Origin: Lophium mytilinum
Lineage: Eukaryota
NCBI GenBank assembly: GCA_010093605.1
Contig: MU004191.1
Location: forward strand, 728,816 to 792,815
Direction: 5' to 3'
DNA length: 64,000 bases
Shown piece after piece: positions 23,458 to 36,093 of the stretch (the first letter of the stretch is position 1; each line of letters starts with the position of its first letter). The notes under the pieces were generated by a model that saw nothing but the letters and a program-made list of their open reading frames with translations, ran no database searches and had not been told where the DNA came from. Made by a program: the position numbers and the translations under genes.

Positions 23458-25271
23458 ATGGGAGACAGAGCCTCACTCTCCAGTGCGATCAGCAAAAAAC
23501 GCGACGGGAAATACACAGAAGCGATTGCGACTACTGATACTAAACGCGTCAAAGACCCCCATGGCTTCGCTTTACGACCAGAGGACTGGCACGTACGTCG
23601 CTCACCTGCTTCGGCATAACCAAAAAGACTTCCTCATCAATCCTCATTAGTACCACTTCAACAAGAAGCTCATGTGGAAGATCGACGTCCGCTTGTTGCC
23701 GTTATAATGTCTCATGTGCGGAGCAACCACCCCAGCCCCATCGTGAATGAGAGGATATATGCTAACTTCAGGGCTAGGTTCCTCATGAACTATCTTGATC
23801 GCAGCAACCTCGCTCAAGCGCGCCTCGGCGGCTTGGAAGACGATCTCGGCATGAAAGGGGTAGAATTCAACACCGCAACCTCCATCCTATTCGTCGGCTA
23901 TCTTCTCATGCAACTCCCCTCCAACCTAGTCTTCACCCGCTTGAAGCCAAGTATCTACCTCCCAACTGGCATGCTTGTCTGGGGCACGATCTGCGGTTGC
24001 CAAGCAGCGTTGCACAATTACAAGGGCCTCGTGGTAACGAGATTCTTTCTTGGTTTTGCAGAAGCCCCATATTTCCCAGGGGCTATCTATTTGATGAGCA
24101 CATGGTATACAAGATCGGAACTAGCGAAGCGTTTTGCGGTCTTCTATTCTGGCCCGGCCATTGCCAACATGTTTATAGGGCTTATTGCCGCCGGCGTCTT
24201 GCAGAATCTTGATGGCGCTGGAGGGCTCGAGGGGTGGAGATGGCTGTAATTTTGGTTCCCCTCTCCCAAGTTATAACAACACTGACAGTGGCCCATAGGT
24301 TTATCATCGAGGCTCTCATGACTCTATCAATCTCGTTCGCTGCCTTGTAAGCACCCCTGTCCCTCTCTCGCTACTCCCTTTCCGTAACTCCCTGCACGCA
24401 ACTGACCCCCGATCCCAGCTTCATTCTTCCCAACTTCCCTTCCGCCACCCCTTGGCTCACCGAAGAAGAGCGCGCCTACGCCAGCTGGCGCATCGAAAAC
24501 GACATCGGCTCCGACGAAACCGGCTATGTCGAACCCACCATGCTCGCCGCCATCAAGCTTGCTGTCTTAGATTACCGGACTTGGCTTTTCGTTGCCATGC
24601 AGCACTGCATCCTGCTCTCACAGACCGTAACATTCTTCTTCCCCTCCGTCGTCAACACCCTCGGCTACCCACGCATCACGACCCTACTGCTCACAGCGCC
24701 AGTCTGGGTCGCCACCTTCAAATTCAATCTAGCCATTCTATGGAGCACATCGCGTACAAAGGAGCGATGTTTCCACATGATCGGCAGCATGGCCGTCACG
24801 ATCATCGGGAACATCATGCTCATCACGATCCACCTCCGCGGCCCCCGCTTCCTCGGTATAGTTTTCATGGCCATGGGTGCGCAGCCCGCATTCATGATCA
24901 TGTTGACGTGGATCTCGAATACCTTCCCTCGCCCTCTTGGGAAGCGCGCGGCGATTACTGCGATTGTCAATATGATTGGGAACCGCTCGAATATCTACGG
25001 GAGTTGTCTGTACCCGAAGAGCGCGGCGCCGCAGTATGAGTTCGGCGGTGCGACGATTGCTGGAGTGGGAGGGTTGTGTATTCTACTGGCGCTGGTGTTG
25101 AGGTAGGATTTGGAGATGGAGAACAAGAAGACTGATCGTCAGGCGGAGTTGCTAGCGCAGGAGCCGGAGGTGGAGAGGCCGGAGGCGACGGGTGAGGCGG
25201 TGCATCTTAGCTTTAAAGGGGACGAGGAGAGGAGGGAGTTGGCGAGTAGGCAATTTCGTTACATGTATTGA
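23458..25271 (+). pseudogene. ACS-family (allantoate/nicotinate permease-like) MFS transporter with two premature stops
   Basis: KIDVRLLP, NYLDRSNL, RFFLGFAEAPYFPG, WYTRSE, GLEGWRWLFIIE, C-terminal FRYMY*. In-frame TAA at 23705-23707 and TAG at 25104-25106 (LR*DLEMENKK). Confidence 0.8.
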
Positions 25272-26581
25272 GGGAATGGAATACCTAGATTGAAGATGGG
25301 CTTCATCAGAAAGCAAGAATGTATCATTCATAACAGGGATAGCGCAATTTCATCAAGTTCATAGACACTATAATGTTGTCTAATACAAGGACGGCAAGTA
25401 TTTCAGACTGTGTATTCTGCTAAGAACTGTACAGCTAGCTCACGAGAGCAGTGGCAACAGGAGTGAGTGTTCTTCAGGGACGAGTCGTGAGTTTCAGTGG
25501 ATGACCTTCCTCGAGTCGTGCTTCCCCACATTGTCTCCACGAAAGGGACCGTTCATACGCGGTGTGGCGACTACCCCGGCGCGTGTGGAGTGCTCCAGGG
25601 TAGGCATGAACGGATTTCTTCCCGATCGAAGGTTAGACAGTCAGAACTTCGGCTCTCTGGAAAATGGACTCGAGTGGGTCTCGAGTGACCCAAAGACTCG
25701 GGCAGAAATGGCTCTCTGCATAGTAAGCAGTAGGGAGAACAATTGACTACTCATGCGTCCTGTACGTACTGTAGAGCTAGTAGCACGAGAGTATTATGCT
25801 GTAAGTTCCCTCATCGAGAACTAGGGGCGTTCCGCCTTGCCCTGGCGCATCGTGCATGACGCGCCTCAGTGCACCAAAACCTGGTGATGATACTTGCTTT
25901 TTATAACTAGTGTGAACAGGCTCTGTCGCGTGTGCTGCTTGCGGGTTGTAGTTAGAAAGCTTTGCAGTTACTAACAATGCTTTGCTGTTTGTTTCAAGAT
26001 ATATTTGAAGACATGTTCACGTGTAATCACGGTATTGGTGATACCTCGTAATTTTAAGCACGATTCAAAAACGACTTCAAGAGCTTAAGGTCGTCAATCG
26101 GACAGGGTGTAACTAAAAAGTTTTGGCAGGTATTTATTAGCGTAAGAGGCACCCCGATGAAACAGCCTAAAGCTATTCTGGTGTAAAGAAACCAGATTCC
26201 TAATGAAACAAGCCCTCGCTGTTATTTGTAAATGACTTAGTCTTGGAAGTATTTTTCTCCGAAGGAATTGAATTTATATTGTATATCATTATCACGTGAT
26301 GCCTGTGGTCTTAGCGCATTCACGTCCAGACGACTCCAGCTTCCCGTAGCCATCACCCATCACGCTTCACTTTAACATCCCCAAAAGTCTGGCCCAACTC
26401 CACAATACCAATGGACGACACTCCGGTGGCGCGTTTTGTTCGGCCTCACCTGAGAGTTGTGACTGCGATGCTATACCGTAGTCCTCGGCGTTCTCTCCGC
26501 GGGTCTTTAGTTCAACACTTCCCATTTAATGCAGCATAGAGAGAGCCTATACGGTTACGGAAAAGCCCAGATACAACCACA

Positions 26582-27756
26582 ATGCTTAAACCAACAGTCC
26601 TTCATATAGGAGAAGCTATCAAGTACAACCACGAGTTCTATGAGAAGGAATTCCTATCACGATTCAATGTGGTCCAAAATGAGGAGCCAGACCGAGCTTC
26701 CTTCATTGAAGCATTAAAGTCCAAGAAGTATGCTGCGTAATTCAAAGTGTAAACCTAGGATGGCACGAAGACTAACATCATATAGATATGGAGATTTCTC
26801 AGCCATCTACCGACCGCATTTCCAGACCGGAGGAGAGGTAATTAGATGCACGCTATTATCTAGGGATAAAGCTAATTATAGTTCCTCTATTCTAGATGGG
26901 ACCATGGGATGAAGAACTCATTAAGCTCCTCCCAGCGTCCGTACGAATATTCGCAAGTGCTGGAGCTGGATTCAACTGGGCTGATGTAGATGCCTTGGCT
27001 GCTCGGAAAATCTGGTACTCCAATGGCGCCGGAGCCTCAGATGAGGCCGTCTCGGACACCGCGCTATATGGGATTCTCTCTGTCTTCCGGAACTTCACTC
27101 GATCCCAACTCGCCGCTCGCACAGCCGACCCTGAAATCTTCACTGCAACACATAAGCTGATCGCTACGATCTCGCGAAATCCCCGGGGACACATACTAGG
27201 GATAATTGGATTGGGGAACATAAGCAAGAAGCTGGCATACAAGGCGAAGACCGCCTTAGGCATGGATATACACTATTACGATGTTGTGCGGGCAAGCGAA
27301 GAGGAGGAGAAGACTCTTGGCGCGACGTTTCATGCGTCTTTGGATGACATGCTGAAGATCGCCGATTGCATATCGCTTCACTGCCCACTAAACAAGCATA
27401 CACAAGATCTCATCGACGCGAAGGCGCTAGCATTGATGAAACCAGGTTCCCGGATAGTCAACACCGCTCGAGGACCAGTAGTAAACGAAGATGCGCTGGT
27501 GGCAGCTTTGGAGAGCGGTCACATCAGCGCTGTAGCACTCGATGTCCATTATCACGAGCCTCAAGTATCGAAGAAGTTGGCTGCGATGGAGCAGTGTACT
27601 TTGACTACACATATTGCAGGCGGGGCGTTGGACACGCGGATCAATTTTGAGCTAGGGGCTATGAAAAACATCATTGCTGTTCTCGGCCCGGATGGCGAAT
27701 GTATAGGGACGCCTTTAACGCCAGTAAACGCGAAAGCCTATAATGCGGCAGCGTAA
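26582..27756 (+). CDS. D-isomer-specific 2-hydroxyacid dehydrogenase (D-mandelate dehydrogenase/glyoxylate reductase-like), 3 exons
   Basis: ASAGAGF, GIIGLGNIS dinucleotide-binding motif, SLHCPL, VNTARGPVV, LDVHYHEP, THIAG. Two 5' introns. Confidence 0.93.
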
Positions 27757-28201
27757 ATAAAACACCACTGATACTCGTTCCGGAATGTCCGAATTTCTTA
27801 GCAAATCATGGCATCATCATAAAATAATTCCTTGGTGTGCAGATTCTTAGCCGTAGCTTAGAACTATCGTCAGAAGGCCCGTTGTAGTCAATACTTCTCT
27901 AATGCTTCGTCCCGTCTCATACGCCACTGTCGAATTTCTAGTATTAAGGTAGTCCGGGGAGGCTCCGCTAGTCATGTTCCTAGTTGTCTATATCCCCACT
28001 CCCCGCGTTCACTCCCCACGCACTTCTCGCCGACCTGGGGTATCGTGCCCACGTGAGCACCCAGCATGATTCAAGTGCGTGCGCAAGGATTTGCGCTTCC
28101 GAGCTCTTGCTATCCTATTTGTTTAAAGCATTCTCTGTCGTTGTTGCACCATCAAACGTTCTTGATCTTTTACCTCTTTCACAACATTTTCATCTCGAAT
28201 T

Positions 28202-29988
28202 ATGGAAGACATCGTCACAGCAAAGGCAGATGTTGAGGCCGTTGAGAAGGTCATCAACTCGGTAGACTATCTGCCTCTTCCAGATGAGCTGCTTCATTTG
28301 AGCGAAGATGAAATCAAGAAGTTGGAAAAGAGTCTTACTCGGAAACTGGACATGACCCTGATGCCGGTAGTTGCGTTGCTTTTCCTTCTCAACATTCTCG
28401 ATCGCAACAACATTGCGAATGCGAAAATCTCTGGTCTGACGAAAACTCTGGACATCACAAACTCGCAATACAATACTTGTCTGATGATATTCTATGTTGG
28501 ATGTAAGTCACTCGCACCAGATTCGATCATATAGGTCAATACTGATGAGGATTAGATGTCATCACGCAAATACCCTCGAACATGCTCATCACGAAGATCT
28601 CCCGTCCATCCGTTTACATATGCTGCATCACATCTGCATGGGGTGTTGTATCTATGTGTCAAGCTTTCACTAAAAGTTTCGGCGGGCTCTTTGCAGCTCG
28701 GTTCATACTAGGTCTTGTCGAAGGTAATATTCTATGAGCTACTCGGTCAATGATCAGTGATTGACTTATCTAGCACCATTTCTACCGGGCGTTTTCTACC
28801 TCATGAGCTGCTGGTACAAGCGATCTGAGTTGCCGCCTAGGATAGCCATCTTGTACGGGTCTAATATGCTTGCAACTGCATTTGGCGGGTGTGTCATCTA
28901 AGCAGAATAACTAAGAGACATGAAGTGCTTATCAATACGCGTAGTCTTATTGCAGCTGGTATCATCTCACGAATGGACGGAAAAGCAGGTCGTCCCGCAT
29001 GGGTAAGTCAGATCTCGGAGCCTTTGAACGCAAGCTAATAGTGCCCAGGAGTGGCTATTCATCATTGAGGGGTCAATGACCATTGCTATTGCGCTTCTTG
29101 TCATGCCTGTCGTTCCCGATTATCCAGGTCAGCACATTCGATCATGGACGGGCATGGACAAACAACACCACATCTACGCTGAATGGCGCATCCGTAAGGA
29201 GAATGCTGGTATCAAAGACGAAGACACCGAGTCAATTTGGTGGGGCCTGGGCCAGGCGCTCAGAGATCCAAAGCTGTATATGTTTGTGGTTATGCAAATG
29301 GCGCTCATCACGGCGCAGAGCTTCAATAACTTCTTCCCTTCAATTGTCGGAACGCTCGGCTACAACAGGACAATCACGCTCCTTCTTACCGCGCCGCCTT
29401 ACATCTTCGCGTTCATCGTCTCGCTTTGCGTTTCGTTTCATGCGGCACATAAGGGTGAGCGAGGTTATCATATCGCCATTCCCATGATCTTCGGTCTTCT
29501 CGGCAATCTTTTGGTAAGATCTCCCACCTGTCCATCAAACTCGCTTCGACATGGAGACTAACCTTTCCTAGGCCATGTTCGTACCTACACTCGGCGGGCG
29601 GTATTTCTCGATGTTTCTCATGACATCTGGCACATATGCACCATACAATCTCTGCGTGTCCTGGCTATCGTCATCTCTCCCACGACCCGCATCTAAACGC
29701 GCTGCTGTCTTCGCCATCGTCAACCTGATGGCGGCTGGTGTTGCTCATTTCTATACTTCCTACGCTTTCCCAGACACACAGAAGCCGCGTTACTACGGTG
29801 GCGGAGCTATGATGAGTGCTGCGTGCCTTATCTGCGCCACGATGGCATTGGGCATCAAGTGGCATCTGAAGCGGGAGAACAAGAGGTTCGACATGGTGGA
29901 AGCTGGTGGAGAGGTTGCGAAGACTATCAAGGGAAGTAAGGCTGGTCATGGTGGTGAGGCGACTGTTTCTTTCCGCTATGTCCATTGA
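28202..29988 (+). CDS. ACS-family MFS anion transporter, multi-exon
   Basis: RKLDMTLMP, NILDRNNIANAK, RFILGLVEAPFLPG, WYKRSE, WLFIIEG, LLTAPPY, C-terminal FRYVH*. Confidence 0.93.
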
Positions 29989-30624
29989 GCCCGTTATTAC
30001 GCGGTGACATGGCAAAGATGTTGAGATGAGGCCGTCCCGGGCATGTTGAACGAGACACGTAAAGGCTGGAGTGATTTATGCCATGTACATACTAAATTTC
30101 GCCAAAAAGCCAACCCTAACCAACTTCGAATCTCAATCTCAGTGCTTCAATGTTATAGATCGCAATGCTATACCCTGTCTACAGATGCGCAGATGTAACC
30201 TCTAATCTTCATCACTCAACACCACCGCTAGGAGTGGCCCGGCTGCCTAATAGCCGGCTCGTGAAGGATTGACTCAATTCCCACAGCGTCAAACTTTATA
30301 TTTTCCCCACGTGGCTCACCGCATAAACTGCCCTTTCCCTCAATATCGCCACCTCCTCGTCAACCACGGCCTGCTCGGGCTATCAAAGTGCCGAAAAGCC
30401 GTAAATCCTGGACACATACGCTAAGAGATGCACGGCGAGAAATCCGAGCCTCACCCGGAGGACCGCATGGAGGGGTATATACCCTGTAGACCAAAGCTCG
30501 GGAGCTGCATGCTAGTTCCTAAGCTCGGTCTTTGGAAATGTTAACATCTCTTCAGTTATTTCTCTCCTTTCGTTCATAAGTCGGTTTCGTTCCTGCCAGT
30601 CATTTCGACGCATTTATAGACGCA

Positions 30625-32321
30625 ATGGGGGAAAATAGAGAACTGTCACTGGCTGATGTCAGTACCCATAATACCGAGACGGATTGCTGGATAGCTGTGA
30701 GCTCGAAGGTGTGGAATATTACGGAATTCCTTGATCTTCATCCGGGTGGTAAAGCTGGTACGTAGCTTCTTCCTTCAATTTCAAACCCATTCAATTTCTC
30801 CTCGATCGTTATAGGCTAACACTGCCTCACAGTAATACTCAAATACGCAGGCGCCGACGCAACCGCTGCCTACGAAGAAATCCACGCTCCTGGAATCCTA
30901 GAAGAGCATCTATCATCTGAAAAGTTCATCGGGGACCTGGCCCCCAGCGCTCCGAGCAACGACGTCGCGCCCCCCTCGACAGTCCAAGAAGCTACAAAAG
31001 CAGAAGAAACTCCACCGACAGCGCCTCAAACTCAAGTCACCGTCACCGTCCAGCAACCCACCGAGCTTCCGGCACTCTACTCCCTGATCGCGGCCTACGA
31101 TTTCGAAGAAGTCGCAAAACGCCACTTCACCCCGAAAGCGTGGGCGTTCTACTCCTCCGCTGCAACAGATTTAGTCACGCATCATGCGAATAAGTCTGTG
31201 CTTCGCCGTGTGATGATTCGGCCTCGTATTTTGCGAGACGTGAAAGAGGTCTCCATCAAGCGGAAGATCCTAGGCCATGACAGCGCCGCTCCGTTCTTTA
31301 TCTCGCCGGCAGCGATGGCACGGCTTGCGCATAAAGACGGCGAGCTGGCATTAGCGAGAGGTGCCGCTGCGGAGGGAATCGTGCAGTGTATATCGAGTAA
31401 TGCGTCGTATCCACTTGGTAGTATTGTGAATGCGGGTGTGGATGGGCAGACGTTCTTCTTGCAGCTTTACGTCAATTGGGATAGACCTAAGACGGCGGAG
31501 TTGTTGAAGAAGGCGGCGTCGTTGGGTGTTAAGGGGGTATTTGTGACGGTGGATGCACCAGTGCCCGGAAAGAGAGAGGCGGATGAGCGAGTGGCGGCTG
31601 AGGCAGTGGCGAGCGCGATTAGTGGTGCGGTTGCCAGTAATGACAAGAAGGGTGGCGGTATGGGGAGGCTGATGGCAGGGTACGTGGAGAAGAGTCTGAT
31701 ATGGAAGGATATTCAGTGGATCAAGGAGGTGTCTGGGTTGCCAGTCGTACTCAAGGGGGTGCAGAGCGCGGCGGACACGATGCTGGCGGTTGAGTATGGG
31801 GCTGCTGGTGTAATGTTGAGCAACCATGGTGGTCGGTCTTTAGACGGGTAAGTCTAACAATTCTGGGAGGGGATCATGGAGTTACTAACGATTTGCAAAG
31901 CGCACAACCTACCATACTGGTCCTCCTAGAGCTGCACCGAGTGTGCCCGGAAGTCTTCAACCAGATCGAAATCTACATTGATGGAGGATTTGAAAGAGGA
32001 TCTGATATCTTGAAAGCCCTCGCTCTGGGAGTGACGGCAGTCGGACTCGGACGTCCATACCTCTATTCGTTGGCATTTGGTTCTGAGGGAGTGGAGCATC
32101 TCACACAGAGTATGTCTAGCACCCAAAACGGGCTATTTGTTGTGCTAACCTTTTGTACAGTATTAAAAGACGAGTTGGAAACCTCTTTGCGCCTCTGCGG
32201 ATTAACAGACATTGATCAGCTTCACCCCGGACTACTCAACACGCAAGATATCGACCATATGGTCACGAACGAGGCTAATCGGCACCCGTGGATTAAATGG
32301 GAACCGAAAGCAAAGATATGA
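30625..32321 (+). CDS. Flavocytochrome b2-type (S)-2-hydroxy-acid dehydrogenase (cytochrome b5 + FMN domain), multi-exon
   Basis: N-terminal b5 domain (CWIAV..KVWNITEFLDLHPGG), RPRILRDV, FLQLY, TVDAPVPGKREAD, VVLKGVQ, SNHGGRSLD, IDGG. Ends -AKI*. Confidence 0.93.
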
Positions 32322-33260
32322 AGAATTTAGACAGAACGATACCATAGATGATGATGTAGAATAGTTCTTGGTCGCAAGTGGTAGATTCTATGATTGATTG
32401 GTGTTGAGAAGAGACGATGTCTTCGGAATGGGGCTAGTTTCAGCAAGGACTAACGACTCGGCCACTTGTTCCCAACATCCTTTTCTGGTCCATCCACATC
32501 AAACTGTAAAAGAGATAATCAAGAACACAAGAGAATCATACCGTTCATGGACGAAGGTTTGTCACAAACCCCTGGGCTTCTCACGTGAGATACACGTGAC
32601 ATTTCCTGGGTTGTATCAGTTCCATAGTGTTTGGGTCATTTGCAAGCACAGCTCAAGGTCTATTTTAAAGGCCTAATTAGGTCTTTTGATACTCAACACA
32701 AGCAAATGAACGGTCTTCATGCATCAAATAACCACATTCGTCTCTCACCTGGCCCCATCGACAATCCCTCCAACTCGGACCACCCACTCCACAACCACCA
32801 CCGCATCTGTGGCATGATGTCCCAACAAGCTCCACCCTCGCCTCCACAAACCCCACAACGCTTGACTCGACGCTGCCCGTGGCTTAGCACGGGGTGGCGG
32901 CCGACTTAACAAGCATCGCAGTTCTCTCCGGCAACCCCTCCTCCGCATTATCCTCTGCCCCACATGCACGAGGCGTATTTCCTTCTCTTGGACACGCGAA
33001 CGCGGACTTCGGCCGTCCAGGTACGCAACATGAGTGGAAGATGCCGCGTAGAGGGGTATGCGGTGGTATATACGCCGTGAAGACCGCGAGGTGAGGGGCG
33101 TATTTCAAGCTCACGCGACGCGACTTCACTGAAGTATATGTCCTCATTTGTTACCACTGCATCCTACCAAAGACCTATATTCTTGTCTTCTGAGTTCATT
33201 CATTCCAGTTCAAGCTTTCGTATATACCAATTCTTCACGCTTCATCCTCCAACCGCCAAA

Positions 33261-34354
33261 ATGCAAAAGTCTACCATCCCCAACAAATCGCACCCCCTTC
33301 CCCCGGGAGTCTACACCCCCGTCCTCTCCCTCTACGAACCAAATCCCACCCAAGACATCGATCATGAAGCCATGTACAAGCACGCACAGCACCTCGTACG
33401 GGGCGGCATGCACGGGCTTGTCTACCAAGGCACAAACGGCGAAGCAGCTCTCCTCTCACGAGAAGAAAAGATCGCAGTCCTCAAGAACATCCGCAAAGCA
33501 GTCGCCGACCTCGGCGTGCCCGACTACCCCATCGTCGCCGGTGTGAGTGGACAGAGCACAAACGAGAGCATCCAACTAACCAAAGACGCCGCGGAGGCGG
33601 GCGCGAGCTTTGGATTGCTACTACCACCCAGCTTCTGGGCAAAAGCCGTTACAGAAGACGTACTACGAGGCTTCTACCGTGACGTTGCTGACGAGAGCCC
33701 CATACCCATCGTGTGCTATAACGTACGTACCCCTCTCTTCCACCCCCACCCCTTTTCCACCCTTCATTTTCGTACTTACTTCCTCTCAAACAGTTCCCCG
33801 GCGTAACCTCCGGCGTCGACCTCAACTCCGACGACCTCGCCGCCCTGGCCACGCACCCGAACATCATCGGCACCAAACTAACCTGCGGCAACGTGGGCAA
33901 AGCGATCCGCCTAACCTCGCAGTTCACACCCGCGCAATTCTCCGTCTTCGGCGGCTCCTCCGACTTCCTCTACCCCACGCTTGCAGCCGGCGGCGTCGGC
34001 TGTGTGACGGGCATGGGCAACGTGTGGCCGAAGTCCACGGCCCGCGTCTACGATCTGTATGTCGCGGGCGAGCTCGAGGAGGCGCGGCGGCTGCAGGAGG
34101 TCGTGGCGAGCGCGGAGTGGGCGTGCAAGAAGAGCCTTGCGCTGACGAAGTTCGGGGCGGGGCATTTTGTGGGGAAGAAGATTGGGTTTGAGGACCCGCG
34201 GACGTGGTATCCAAGGAAGCCGTATGCGCCAGCGGGGGAGAAGTTGCAGGCGTGGACGGTGGAGGTGATGGGGGTGTTGGAGGTGGAGGAGGCGAGGATT
34301 CCGGATAGGGTGTTTAAGGGGAAGGGGACGAATGGGGTTAATGGGAGTAAGTGA
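33261..34354 (+). CDS. DHDPS/NAL-family class I aldolase (2-keto-3-deoxy sugar-acid or 4-hydroxy-2-oxoglutarate aldolase-like), ~340 aa, 2 exons
   Basis: PPGVYTP, QGTNGEA, LLLPP, VADESPIPIVCYN|FPGV, Schiff-base Lys in IIGTKLTCGN. Intron 33723-33793. Confidence 0.92.
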
Positions 34355-34475
34355 GTAGATTAAGGAGAAAGATAGCATTATTGGCGTTTGTGGGATTTAG
34401 ATAGATTCAATGAAGTAGAATTGTAGAAGGTATTTATATGAGATTCTTGGTTGTATATACAGGGTATTTGGTGAC

Positions 34476-35942
34476 TTAACACCCTCCACCTCCTCCACCC
34501 CCATCGCCTCCCCCTCCGCCCCCTCCTCCGCCGCCATCCCCTCCGATTCCACCTCCATCTCCGGCACTCATATTCTGCAGCTGCCCTCCTAGCTCTACAC
34601 CGTGGTTGAACCTATGCAACGCAGAATTCAACTCCGCATTCGCAGACTTGCCATTCTTCAAATCCTTTGCCTTAAGATACGAAATCATCCCCAGCGGTTG
34701 TGTCCCCGCTAGAGTCTCCGCATGCGCCACCTCAACCGGATTCTTCGCTTTCTCCTCTCTTAGCAAATGCCGCTCCCAGTCCCGCAAGACCTGGAGCGTC
34801 GCCGCCGCCATGCCGATATCCAGCCCTTGCATACGTATGTTCATTGACTCATCAGGAAGCGCGCCCTTGATACGCCATGTGCAGCTCGGCTTCACAGACT
34901 GTCCGGTCTGGCGACAGGGGTTGCACACATCGTGGTCGTCGAGACACGTCTTGCATTTCCAGCGGATGCCGACCATAGGTTTCGTCTTGCACCCGTCACA
35001 GGTCGCCGTTTTATGGATCTCCTGCTCATCCACGAAGCCGTCCCAGAAGACGTGGTCCGCAACGATAGCGTTATTACAGAAAAGCGCGTGGCGGACCGTA
35101 TCCCACCTCGCACCATTCAAACTACTCACGCGGGCCGACGAGCGCCATTCATAGCTCGTACCATCCAGATTTTTGAACGTGAGCGAAGCGTACTCTCCCG
35201 TCGCTTCGAACTTAGGATGAATCTGGACGCCGTAGGGGTTTGTGAGGGTTTCGCTGAGGACGGCGTCGGTCTTGCGGTTGCGGGTGAGGGTGTAGCTCCA
35301 TAGGCTCTTTGCGTTGGAGGAGGGCGAGGACATAGTCCAGCAGTACTTCTTGTCGCGGATGTGGCCGCCTTTCTGCTCCATCTTGATGTAGAAGAGGGGT
35401 GCGTGTTTGGGGGATTTCTGTTGCACGACGGTGCGGAGTGAGGACCACTCTTGTGCGCCGAGCGGGTCGGCCCAGTCGCTGTCGACGCAGGGGTGGAATG
35501 TGCCATATAGTGAGGATGTTGGGGGGGGAAGGTGCCATGTTTGCGGGATTGGAGCTGTGGTATAGGTGTTAGCAGTTACCTAAAGTTGTAGGCGTGGTAG
35601 GAGACTAACGTTGGCGATGTTCTTCAAGGTAATTGACAAGCTCTTTGGGATCTACGAGGGAGAGGTTCTGAGGTGTTGTGGGTCTTGGATGGTGTCCTGA
35701 TGCTGGTAGCTCTACTGGCTGTTGTGGCGCAAGATGACTCTGGGACTGTGGTGAATAATACTGAGGCTGCATGGGTGGTGCCTGGGCATATGGGTGCTGC
35801 ACATATGGTGTGTGGTGTTTGTTGGATAGGCATTGGCGAACCGGCTGGATATTGAGCCTGGGGATAACTTTGCGGAGGATAGCCTTGCTGTGATTGTTGA
35901 TATCCCTGGCCTGGCGTATAGCTATTTGGTCCCCATGGCTGC
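34476..35942 (-). pseudogene. ZZ-type zinc-finger protein gene with Q/P/Y-rich N-terminus and Gly-rich tail, 5' end interrupted by an LTR
   Basis: HKTATCDGC..IRWKCKTC.DHDVCNPC; intron 35555-35609; +1 frameshift near 35810. The coding frame runs directly into the LTR at 35943 with no start codon. Confidence 0.7.
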
Positions 35943-36093
35943 TGTCACGTATGAGTAGCAGGCGTACGTTGTGTACGTGATGTGCAAATTAGAATATTAA
36001 TTAATTAAGTAATAATGCTAGCTACTAGAAAGCGAAAGGGTTGTAGGAGCTCTATGGCTCCTACCTCCACGTTAGAGCGGTACGCTCCTGACA
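35943..36093 (-). repeat. 3' LTR of element E
   Basis: TGTCA/TGACA inverted termini, abutting polypurine tract. Confidence 0.8.

Noticed and set aside
33246..33259. Two CCNCCAA (galacturonate-response-like) motifs before the aldolase
   Set aside because: They abut the ATG in C-rich 5' UTR sequence and do not match the full TCCNCCAAT form
1..35942. Starship/giant transposon cargo interpretation of the accessory genes
   Set aside because: No tyrosine-recombinase captain or boundary motif is visible in this window
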